Source: Eledone cirrhosa (lineage: Eukaryota). From it: a stretch of DNA of 64,000 bases. This document shows, piece by piece, positions 13,045 through 25,000 of the stretch. The stretch covers positions 251,906,001 through 251,970,000 of the forward strand of contig OZ024740.1 in the NCBI GenBank assembly GCA_964016885.1, read 5' to 3'. Within the stretch, counting starts at the first letter, position 1. Every line of letters begins with the position of its first letter. The notes beneath the pieces are model-generated. The model ran no database searches. It was not told the origin of the DNA and worked only from the letters and a program-made list of their open reading frames with translations. The translations under genes were made by a program, and so were the position numbers.

Positions 13045-13633
13045 AAATTATCTCCCCTTGGCTTGCTGGAAATTATCTCAACTCGACCGGCTGGATACTA
13101 TCTCCCCTTGGCCGGCTGGAAATTATCTCCCCTTAGCCGGCTGGAAATTATCTCCCATTGGCCGGCTGGATATTATCTCCCCTTGGCCGGCTGGATGTTA
13201 TCTCCCCTTGGCCAGCTAGAAATTATCTCCACTTGGCCGGCTGGAAATTATCTTCTCTTGGCCGGCTGGAAATTATCTCCCTTTGGCCGGCTGCATATTA
13301 TCTCCCCTTGGCCGGCTGGATATGATCTCCCCTTGGCCGGCTGGAAATTATCTCCCCTTGGCAGGTTGGAAATTATCTCCCCTTGGCCGGCTGGAAATTA
13401 TCTCCCCTTGGCCGGCTGGAAATAATCTCCCCTTGGCCGGCCGGAAATTATCTTCCTTTGGCCGGCTGGATATTATCTCCGCTTGGCCGGCTGGAAATTA
13501 TCTCCCCTTGGCCAGCTGGATATTATCTCCCCTCGGCCGGCTGGAAATTATCTCCCCTTGGCCGGCTGGAATTTATCTCCCCTTGGCCGGCTGGAATTTA
13601 TATCCCCTTGCCCGGCTCGAAAATATCTCCCCT
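13045..13633 (+). repeat. Pure type C array: 23 monomers of exactly 25 bp plus a terminal partial core
   Basis: 13045 + 23x25 = 13620, where the last core (AAAATATCTCCCCT) begins, so there is no net indel. Most monomers carry 1-3 substitutions. Confidence 0.93.
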
Positions 13634-13937
13634 AATTAAAATTAAATTAAATTAAATTAAATCAAATAAATTAAATTAATTAATTAATTAATTATATTTT
13701 TTTTATTTTATTTATTTTTATTTTTTTTTATTAATTACGTTATTAATTAATTAATTAATTATGTAAATTGATTTCATTTCAATTTAATGTAATTTAATTT
13801 AATTTAATTTACTTTAATTCAATTCAATTTAATTTAATTTAATTTAATTTAATTTTATTTAAAAAACGAAACGAAACCGGGGTACCTAAAAAAACAAACG
13901 AAAAGAAACCGGGGAACCTAAAAAATCGAACGAAATG
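13634..13937. repeat. AT-rich spacer, copy 2 (304 bp)
   Basis: It has the same landmarks as copy 1 (ATCAAA, AATTACGTTATT, ATGTAAATTGATTT, TTTACTTTAATTC, GAAACCGGGG x2), with microsatellite length changes and several substitutions (e.g. GGCACC vs GGTACC). Confidence 0.93.
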
Positions 13938-16900
13938 AAATTATCTCCCCTTGGCTTGCTGGAAATTATCTCAACTCGACCGGCTGGATACTATCTCCCC
14001 TTGGCCGGCTGGAAATTATCTCCCCTTAGCCGGCTGGAAATTATCTCCCCTTGGACGGCTGGAAATTATCTCCCCTTGATTTTTTTTACAAATTATCTCC
14101 CCCTGATTTTTTTTTACAAATTATCTCCCCCTGATTTTTTTTTACAACTTATCTCCGCCTGATTTTTTTAAAAAAATCATCTCCCCTTGGACGGCTGGAA
14201 ATTATCTCCCCTGGGACGGCTGGAAATTATCTCTCCTTGGACGGCTAGAAATTACCTCTCCTTGGACAATTGAAAATTATCTCCCCTTGGACGGCTGGAA
14301 ATTATCTCCCCTTGATTTTTTTTACAAATTATCTCCCCCTGATTTTTTTTACAAATTATCTCCCCTGATTTTTTTTTACAAATTATCTCCCCCTGATTTT
14401 TTTTTACAAATTATCTCCCCCTGATTTTTTTTACAAATTATCTCCCCCTGATTTTTTTACAAATTATCTCCCCTTGGCTGGCTGGAAATTATCTCCCCTT
14501 GGAGGCAGGAATTTATCTCCCCTTGGACGGCTAGAAATTACCTCTCCTTGGACGGCTGGAAAATATGGTTCCTTGGACGGCTGGAAATTATCTCCCCTTG
14601 GACGGCTGGAAATTATCTCCCCTTGGACGGCTGGAAATTATCTCCCCTTGGACGGCTAGAAATGACCTCTCCTTGGCTGGCGGGAAATTATCTCCCCTTG
14701 GACGGCTGCAAATTATCTCCGCTTGATTTTTTTTACAAATTATCTCCCCCTGATTTTTTTTTACAAATTATCTCCCCCTGATTTTTTTTACAAATTATCT
14801 CCCCTGATTTTTTTTTACAAATTATCTCCCCCTGATTTTTTTTTACAAATTATCTCCCCCTGATTTTTTTTTTACAAATTATCTCCCCCTGATTTTTTTA
14901 CAAATTATCTCCCCCTGATTTTTTTTACAATCTCCGCCTGATTTTTTTAAAAATTATCTTCCCTTGGCTGGCGGGAAATTATCTCCCCTTGGACGGCTGG
15001 AAATTATCTCCCCTTGGAAGGATGGAAATTATCTCCCCTTGGACGGCTGGAAATTATCTCCCCTTGCACGGCTGGAAATTATCTCCCCTTGGCTGGAAAT
15101 TATCTCCCCTTGGACGGCTAGAAATTATCTCTCTTTGGATGGCTGGAAATTATCTCCCTTTGATTTTTTTTACAAATTATCTCCCTCTGATTTTTTTTAC
15201 AAATCTCCCCCTGATTTTTTTTTACAAATTATCTCCCCCTGATTTTTTTTACAAACTATCTCCCCCTGATTTTTTTACAAATTATCTCCCCTTGGCTGGC
15301 TGGAAATTATCTCCCCTTGGAGGCTGGAATTTATCTCCCCTTGGACGGCTAGAAATTACCTCTCCTTGGACGGCTGGAAAATATGTCTCCTTGGACGGCT
15401 GGAAATTATCTCCCCTTGGACGGCTGGAAATTACCTCTCCTTGGACGGCTGAAAATTATCTCCCCTTGGACGGCTGGAAATTATCTCCCCTTGATTTTTT
15501 TACAAATTATCTCCCCCTGATTTTTTTTTTACAAATTATCTCCCCCTGATTTTTTTTTACAAATTATCTACGCCTGATTTTTTTAAATATTATCTCTCCT
15601 TGGCTGGCGGGAAATTATCTCCCCTTGGAAGGATGGAAATTATCTCCCCTTGGACGGCTGGAAATTATCTCCCCTTGCACTGCTGGAAATTATCTCCCCT
15701 TGGACGGCTGGAAATTATCTGCCCTTGATTTTGTTTTTACAAATTATCTTCCCCTGATTATTTTTACAAATTATCTCCACCTGATTTTTTAAAAAATTAT
15801 CTCCCCTTGGACGGCTGGAAATTATCTCCCCTTGGCTGGAAATTATCTCCCCTTGGACGGCTAGAAATTATCTCTCTTTGGACGGCTGGAAATTATCTCC
15901 CCTTGATTTTTTTTACAAATTATCTCCCCCTGATTTTTTTTACAAATTATCCCCCCATGATTTTTTAAAAAAAAATTATCTCCCCTTCGCTGGCTGGAAA
16001 TTATCTCCCCTTGGACGCTGGAAATTATAGCCCCTTGGAGGGCTGGAAATTATCTTCCCTTGGACGGCTGGAAATTATCTCCCCTTGATTTTTTTTACAA
16101 ATTATCTCCCCCTGATTTTTTTTTACAAATTATCTCCCCCTAATTTTTTTAAAAAAATTATCTCCCCTTGGACGGCTGGAAATTATCTCCCCTTGGACGG
16201 CTGGAAATTATCTCCCCTTGGACGGCTAGAAATTACCTCTCCTTGGACGGCTGAAAATTATCTCCCCTTGGACGGCTGCAAATTATCTCCCCTTGATTTT
16301 TTTTACAAATTATCCCCCCATGATTTTTAAAAAAAAAATTATCTCCCCTTCGCTGGCTGGAAATTATCTCCCCTTGGACGCTGGAAATTATAGCCCCTTG
16401 GAGGGCTGGAAATTATCTTCCCTTCGACGGCTGGAAATTATCTCCCCTTGATTTTTTTTACAAATTATCTCCCCCTGATTTTTTTTTACAAATTATCTCC
16501 CACTGATTTTTTTTTACAAATTATCTCCCCCTGATTTTTTTTTTACAAATTATCTCCGCCTGATTTTTTAAAAAAAATTATCTCCCCTTGGACGGCTGGA
16601 AATTATCTCCCCTTGGACGGCTGGAAATTATCTCCCCTTGGACGGCTAGAAATTACCTCTCCTTGGACGGCTGAAAATTATCTCCCCTTGGACGGCTGCA
16701 AATTATCTCCCCTTGATTTTTTTTACAAATTATCTCCCCCTGATTTTTTTTACAAATTATCTCCCCCTGATTTTTTTTACAAATTATCTCCCCCTGATTT
16801 TTTTTTACAAATTATCTCCCCCTGATTTTTTTTTACAAATTATCTCCCCCTGATTTTTTTTACAAATTATCTCCCCCTGATTTTTTTTACAATCTCCGCC

Positions 16901-19900
16901 TGATTTTTTAAAAAATTATCTCCCCTTGGACGGCTGGAAATTATCTCCCCTTGGACGGCTGGAAATTATCTCCCCTTGGACGGCTAGAAATTATCTCTCT
17001 TTGGACGGCTGGAAATTATCTCCCCTTGATTTTTTTTACAAATTATCTCCCCCTGATTTTTTTTACAAATTATCCCCGCATGATTTTTAAAAAAAAAATT
17101 ATCTCCCCTTCGCTGGCTGGAAATTATCTCCCCTTGGACGCTGGAAATTATAGCCCCTTGGAGGGCTGGAAATTATCTTCCCTTGGACGGCTGGAAATTA
17201 TCTCCCCTTGATTTTTTTTACAAATTATCTCCCCCTGATTTTTTTTACAAATTATCTCCCCCTGATTTTTTTTTACAAATTATCTCCCCCTGATTTTTTT
17301 TTTTACAAATTATCTCCGCCTGATTTTAAAAAAAAAATTATCTCCCCTTGGACGGCTGGAAATTATCTCCCCTTGGACGGCTGGAAATTATCTCCCCTTG
17401 GACGGCTAGAAATTACCTCTCCTTGGACGGCTGAAAATTATCTCCCATTGGACGGCTGCAAATTATCTCCCCTTGATTTTTTTTACAAATTATCTCCCCC
17501 TGATTTTTTTTACAAATTATCTCCCCCTGATTTTTTTTTACAAATTATCTCCCCCTGATTTTTTTTTACAAATTATCTCCCCCTGATTTTTTTTACAAAT
17601 TATCTCCCCCTGATTTTTTTTACAAATTATCTCCCCCTGATTTTTTTTTACAAATTATCTCCCCTTGATTTTTTTTACAAATTATCTCCCCCTGATTTTT
17701 TTTTTACAAATTATCTCCCCCTGATTTTTTTACAAATTATCTCCCCCTGATTTTTTTTACAAATTATCTCCCCCTGATTTTTTTTACAAATTATCTCCCC
17801 TTGATTTTTTTTTACAAATTATCTCCCCCTGATTTTTTTTTACAAATTATCTCCCCCTGATTTTTTTTAAAATTATCTTCCCTTGGCTGGCGGGAAATTA
17901 TCTCCCCTTGGACGGCTGGAAATTATCTCCCCTTGGAAGGATGTAAATTATCTCCCCTTGGACGGCTGGAAATTATCTCCCCTTGCACGGCTGGAAATTA
18001 TCTCCCCTTGATTTTTTTTACAAATTATCTCCCCCTGATTTTTTTTTACAAATTATCTCCCCCTGATTTTTTTTTACAAATTATCTCCCCCTGATTTTTT
18101 TTACAAATTATCTCCCCCTGATTTAAAAAAAAAAAATTATCTCCTCTTCGCTGGCTGGAAATTATCTCCCCTTGGACGCTGGAAATTATAGCCCCTTGGA
18201 GGGCTGGAAATTATCTTCCCTTGGACGGCTGGAAATTATCTTCCCTTGGACGGCTGGAAATTATCTCCCCTTGATTTTTTTTACAAATTATCTCCCCCTG
18301 ATTTTTTTTTACAAATTATCTCCCCCTGATTTTTTTTTACAAATTATCTCCCCCTGATTTTTTTTTTACAAATTATCTCCGCTTGATTTTTAAAAAAAAA
18401 TTATCTCCCCTTGGACGGCTGGAAATTATCTCCCCTTGGACGGCTGGAAATTATCTCCCCTTGGACGGCTAGAAATTATCTCTCCTTGGACGGCTGAAAA
18501 TTATCTCCCCTTGGACGGCTGCAAATTATCTCCCCTTGATTTATTTTACAAATTATCTCCCCCTGATTTTTTTTTACAAATTATCTCCCCCTCATTTTTT
18601 TTACAAATTATCTACCCCTGATTTTTTTTACAAATTATCTCCCCCTGATTTTGTTTTACAAATTATCTCCCTCTGATTTTTTTTTACAAATTATCTCCCC
18701 CTGATTTTTTTTTTACAAATTATCTCCCCCTGATTTTTTTAAAAATTATCTCCCCCTGATTTTTTTACAATCTCCGCCTGATTTTTTTAAAAATTATCTT
18801 GCCTTGGCTGGCGGGAAATTATCTCCCCTTGGACGGCTGGAAATTATCTCCCCTTGGAAGGATGGAAATTATCTCCCCTTGGACGGCTGGAAATTATCTC
18901 CCCTTGCACGGCTGGAAATTATCTCCCCTTGGCTGGAAATTATCTCCCCTTGGACGGCTAGAAATTATCTCTCTTTGGACGGCTGGAAATTATGTCCCTT
19001 TGATTTTTTTTATAAATTATCTACCTCTGATATTTTTTACAAATCTCCCCCTGATTTTTTAAAAAAAATTATCTCCCCTTCGCTGGCTGGAAATTATCTC
19101 CCCTTGGACACTGGAAATTATAGCCCCTTGGAGGGCTGGAAATTATCTTCCCTTGGACGGCTGGAAATTATCTCCCCTTGATTTTTTTTACAAATTATCT
19201 CCGCCTGATTTTTTTTAAAAATTATCTCTCCTTGGACGGCTGGAAATTATCTCCCCTTGATTTTTTTTACAAATTATCTCCCCCTGATTTTTTTTTACAA
19301 ATTATCTCCCCCTAATTTTTTTTTACAAATTATCTACCCCTGATTTTTTTTACAAATTATCTCCCACTGATTTTTTTTACAAATTATCTCCCCCTGATTT
19401 TTCTTTTACAAATTATCTCCCCCTGATTTTTTTACAAATTATCTCCCCCTGATTTTTTTTACAAATTATCTCCGCCTGATTTTTTTAAATATTATCTTCC
19501 CTTGGCTGGCGGGAAATTATCTCCCCTTGGACGGCTGGAAATTATCTGCCCTTGATTTTGTTTTTACAAATTATCTTCCACTGATTTTTTTTACAAATTA
19601 TCTCCACCTGATTTTTTAAAAAAATTATCTCCCCTTGGAAGGTTGGAAATTATCTCCCCTTGGACGGCTAGAAATTATCTCTCTTTGGACGGCTGGAAAT
19701 TATCTCCCCTTGATTTTTTTTACAAATTATCTCCCCCTGATTTTTTTTACAAATATCCCAGTGATTTTTTTTAAAAAATTATCTCCCCTTCGCTGGCTGG
19801 AAATTATCTCCCCTTGGACGCTGGAAATTATAGCCCCTTGGAGGGCTGGAAATTATCTTCCCTTGGACGGCTGGAAATTATCTCCCCTTGATTTTTTTTA

Positions 19901-22052
19901 CAAATTATCTCCCCCTGATTTTTTTTTTCAAATTGTCTCCCCCTGATTTTTTTTTACAAATTATCTCCCCCTGATTTTTTTTTACAACTTATCTCCGCCT
20001 GATTTTTTTTAAAAAATCATCTCCCCTTGGACGGCTGGAAATTATCTCCCCTTGGACGGCTGGAAATTATCTCTCCTTGGACGGCTAGAAATTACCTCTC
20101 CTTGGACAATTGAAAATTATCTCCCCTTGGACGGCTGGAAATTATCTCCCCTTGATTTATTTTACAAATTATCTCCCCCTGATTTTTTTTACAAATTATC
20201 TCCCCTGATTTTTTTTTACAAATTATCTCCCCCTGATTTTTTTTTACAAATTATCTCCCCCTGATTTTTTTTACAAATTATCTCCCCCTGATTTTTTTAC
20301 AAATTATCTCCCCTTGGCTGGCTGGAAATTATCTCCCCTTGGAGGCAGGAATTTATCTCCCCTTGGACGGGTAGAAATTACCTCTCCTTGGACGGCTGGA
20401 AAATATGTCTCCTTGGACGGCTGGAAATTATCTCCCCTTGGACGGCTGGAAATTATCTCCCCTTGGACGGCTGGAAATTATCTCCCCTTGGACGGCTAGA
20501 AATTACTTCTCCTTGGACGGCTGAAAATTATCTCCCCTTGGACGGCTGGAAATTATCTCCCCTTGATTTTTTTACAAATTATCTCCCCCTGATTTTTTTT
20601 TACAAATTATCTCCCCCTGATTTTTTTTACAAATTATCTCCCCCTGATTTTTTTTACAAATTATCTCCCCCTGATTTTTTTTACAAATTATCTCCGCCTG
20701 ATTTTTTTAAATATTATCTCTCCTTGGCTGGCGGGAAATTATCTCCCCTTGGACGGCTGCAAATTATCTCCGCTTGATTTTTTTTACAAATTATCTCCCC
20801 CTGATTTTTTTTTAAAAATTATCTCCCCCTGATTTTTTTTACAAATTATCTCCCCTGATTTTTTTTTACAAATTATCTCCCCCTGATTTTTTTTTACAAA
20901 TTATCTCCCCCTGATTTTTTTTTTACAAATTATCTCCCCCTGATTTTTTTACAAATTATCTCCCCCTGATTTTTTTTACAATCTCCGCCTGATTTTTTTA
21001 AAAATTATCTTCCCTTGGCTGGCGGGAAATTATCTCCCCTTGGACGGCTGGAAATTATCTCCCCTTGGAAGGATGGAAATTATCTCCCCTTGGACGGCTG
21101 GAAATTATCTCCCCTTGCACGGCTGGAAATTATCTCCCCTTGGCTGGAAATTATCTCCCCTTGGACGGCTAGAAATTATCTCTCTTTGGATGGCTGGAAA
21201 TTATCTCCCTTTGATTTTTTTTACAAATTATCTCCCTCTGATTTTTTTTACAAATCTCCCCCTGATTTTTTTTTACAAATTATCTCCCCCTGATTTTTTT
21301 TACAAACTATCTCCCCCTGATTTTTTTACAAATTATCTCCCCTTGGCTGGCTGGAAATTATCTCCCCTTGGAGGCTGGAATTTATCTCCCCTTGGACGGC
21401 TAGAAATTACCTCTCCTTGGACGGCTGGAAAATATGTCTCCTTGGACGGCTGGAAATTATCTCCCCTTGGACGGCTGGAAATTACCTCTCCTTGGACGGC
21501 TGAAAATTATCTCCCCTTGGACGGCTGGAAATTATCTCCCCTTGATTTTTTTACAAATTATCTCCCCCTGATTTTTTTTTTACAAATTATCTCCCCCTGA
21601 TTTTTTTTACAAATTATCTACGCCTGATTTTTTTAAATATTATCTCTCCTTGGCTGGCGGGAAATTATCTCCCCTTGGACGGCTGGAAATTATCTCCCCT
21701 TGGAAGGATGGAAATTATCTCCCCTTGGACGGCTGGAAATTATCTCCCCTTGCACTGCTGGAAATTATCTCCCCTTGGACGGCTGGAAATTATCTGCCCT
21801 TGATTTTGTTTTTACAAATTATCTTCCCCTGATTATTTTTACAAATTATCTCCACCTGATTTTTTAAAAAATTATCTCCCCTTGGACGGCTGGAAATTAT
21901 CTCCCCTTGGCTGGAAATTATCTCCCCTTGGACGGCTAGAAATTATCTCTCTTTGGACGGCTGGAAATTATCTCCCCTTGATTTTTTTTACAAATTATCT
22001 CCCCCTGATTTTTTTTACAAATTATCCCCCCATGATTTTTAAAAAAAAAATG

Positions 22053-25000
22053 ATCTCCCCTTCGCTGGCTGGAAATTATCTCCCCTTGGACGCTGGAAAT
22101 TATAGCCCCTTGGAGGGCTGGAAATTATCTTCCCTTGGACGGCTGGAAATTATCTCCCCTTGATTTTTTTTACAAATTATCTCCCCCTGATTTTTTTTTA
22201 CAAATTATCTCCCCCTGATTTTTTTTTTACAAATTATCTCCGCCTGATTTTTTTAAAAAAATTATCTCCCCTTGGACGGCTGGAAATTATCTCCCCTTGG
22301 ACGGCTGGAAATTATCTCCCGTTGGACGGCTAGAAATTACCTCTCCTTGGACGGCTGAAAATTATCTCCCCTTGGACGGCTGCAAATTATCTCCCCTTGA
22401 TTTTTTTTACAAATTATCCCCCCATGATTTTTAAAAAAAAAATTATCTCCCCTTCGCTGGCTGGAAATTATCTCCCCTTGGACGCTGGAAATTATAGCCC
22501 CTTGGAGGGCTGGAAATTATCTTCCCTTGGACGGCTGGAAATTATCTCCCCTTGATTTTTTTTACAAATTATCTCCCTCTGATTTTTCTTTACAAATTAT
22601 CTCCCACTGATTTTTTTTTACAAATTATCTCCCCCTGATTTTTTTTTTACAAATTATCTCCGCGTGATTTTTTTAAAAAAATTATCTCCCCTTGGACGGC
22701 TGGAAATTATCTCCCCTTGGACGGCTGGAAATTATCTCGCCTTGGACGGCTAGAAATTACCTCTCCTTGGACGGCTGAAAATTATCTCCCCTTGGACGGC
22801 TGCAAATTATCTCCCCTTGATTTTTTTTACAAATTATCTCCCCCTGATTTTTTTTACAAATTATCTCCCCCTGATTTTTTTTACAAATTATCTCCCCCTG
22901 ATTTTTTTTTACAAATTATCTCCCCCTGATTTTTTTTCCAAATTATCTCCCCCTGATTTTTTTTACAAATTATCTCCCCCTGATTTTTTTTACAAATTAT
23001 CTCCCCCTGATTTTTTTTACAATCTCCGCCTGATTTTTTAAAAAATTATCTTCCCTTGGCTGGCGGGAAATTATCTCCCCTTGGACGGCTAGAAATTATC
23101 TCTCTTTGGACGGCTGGAAATTATCTCCCCTTGATTTTTTTTACAAATTATCTCCCCCTGATTTTTTTTACAAATTATCCCCGCATGATTTTTAAAAAAA
23201 AATTATCTCCCCTTCGCTGGCTGGAAATTATCTCCCCTTGGACGCTGGAAATTATAGCCCCTTGGAGGGCTGGAAATTATCTTCCCTTGGACGGCTGGAA
23301 ATTATCTCCCCTTAATTTTTTTTACAAATTATCTCCCCCTGATTTTTTTTTACAAATTATCTCCCCCTGATTTTTTTTTACAAATTATCTCCCCCTGATT
23401 TTTTTTTTTACAAATTATCTCCGCCTGATTTTTAAAAAAAAATTATCTCCCCTTGGACGGCTGGAAATTATCTCCCCTTGGACGGCTGGAAATTATCTCC
23501 CCTTGGACGGCTAGAAATTACCTCTCCTTGGACGGCTGAAAATTATCTCCCCTTGGACGGCTGCAAATTATCTCCCCTTGATTTTTTTTACAAATTATCT
23601 CCCCCTGATTTTTTTTACAAATTATCTCCCCCTGATTTTTTTTACAAATTATCTCCCCCTGATTTTTTTTTACAAATTATCTCCCCCTGATTTTTTTTTA
23701 CAAATTATCTCCCCCTGATTTTTTTTACAAATTATCTCCCCCTGATTTTTTTTACAAATTATCTCCCCCTGATTTTTTTTTACAAATTATCTCCCCTTGA
23801 TTTTTTTTTACAAATTATCTGCCCCTGATTTTTTTTTTACAAATTATCTCCCCCTGATTTTTTTACAAATTATCTCCCCCTGATTTTTTTTACAAATTAT
23901 CTCCCGCTGATTTTTTTTACAAATTATCTCCCCTTGATTTTTTTTTACAAATTATCTCCCCTTGATTTTTTTTTACAAATTATCTCCCCCTGATTTTTTT
24001 TTTACAAATTATCTCCCCCTGATTTTTTTAAAAATTATCTTCCCTTGGCTGGCGGGAAATTATCTCCCCTTGGACGGCTGGAAATTATCTCCCCTTGGAA
24101 GGATGTAAATTATCTCCCCTTGGACGGCTGGAAATTATCTCCCCTTGCACGGCTGGAAATTATCTCCCCTTGATTTTTTTTAGAAATTATCTCCCCCTGA
24201 TTTTTTTTTACAAATTATCTCCCCCTGATTTTTTTTTACAAATTATCTCCCCCTGATTTTTTTTACAAATTATCTCCCCCTGATTTTTAAAAAAAAAATT
24301 ATCTCCCCTTCGCTGGCTGGAAATTATCTCCCCTTGGACGCTGGAAATTATAGCCCCTTGGAGGGCTGGAAATTATCTTCCCTTGGACGGCTGGAAATTA
24401 TCTTCCCTTGGACGGCTGGAAATTATCTCCCCTTGATTTTTTTTACAAATTATCTCCCCCTGATTTTTTTTTACAAATTATCTCCCCCTGATTTTTTTTA
24501 AAAATTATCTACCCCTGATTTTTTTTACAAATTATCTCCCCCTGATTTTTTTTTACAAATTATCTCCCTCTGATTTTTTTTTACAAATTATCTCCCCCTG
24601 ATTTTTTTTTTACAAATTATCTCCCCCTGATTTTTTTACAAATTATCTCCCCCTGATTTTTTTTACAATCTCCGCCTGATTTTTTAAAAAATTATCTTCC
24701 CTTGGCTGGCGGGAAATTATCTCCCCTTGGACGGCTGGAAATTATCTCCCCTTGGACGGCTAGAAATTATCTCTCTTTGGACGGCTGGAAATTATCTCCC
24801 CTTGATTTTTTTTACAAATTATCTCCCCCTGATTTTTTTTACAAATTATCCCCGCATGATTTTTAAAAAAAAAATTATCTCCCCTTCGCTGGCTGGAAAT
24901 TATCTCCCCTTGGACGCTGGAAATTATAGCCCCTTGGAGGGCTGGAAATGATCTCCCCTTGGACGGCTGGAAATTATCTCCCCTTGCACTGCTGGAAATT

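Larger units (their letters stand above)
12590..14037 (+). repeat. Island of a related satellite: type C monomers (AAATTATCTCCCCTTGGCCGGCTGG) plus two AT-rich spacers, about 1.6 units of a ~893-bp higher-order repeat
   Basis: GGCCGG-containing monomers were seen only here and there are no type B monomers. Layout: 6 C monomers, spacer, 23 C monomers, spacer, 4 C monomers. The ends of the two spacers (ATG at 13042 and 13935) are 893 bp apart. Confidence 0.95.

Noticed and set aside
13042-13655. ATG-initiated ORFs (13042, 13935) just downstream of an AT-rich, promoter-like spacer
   Set aside because: The peptide is just the three-frame cycle of the 25-bp monomer, with overlapping ORFs in all frames and no domain. 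The ATG position is noted but there is no evidence for expression.
12590-14037. Island as a MITE, Helitron or retroelement insertion
   Set aside because: No terminal inverted repeats, no distinguishable target-site duplication, no poly-A tail, no CTRR end and no coding capacity. Its ends are ordinary monomers in register with the host array.
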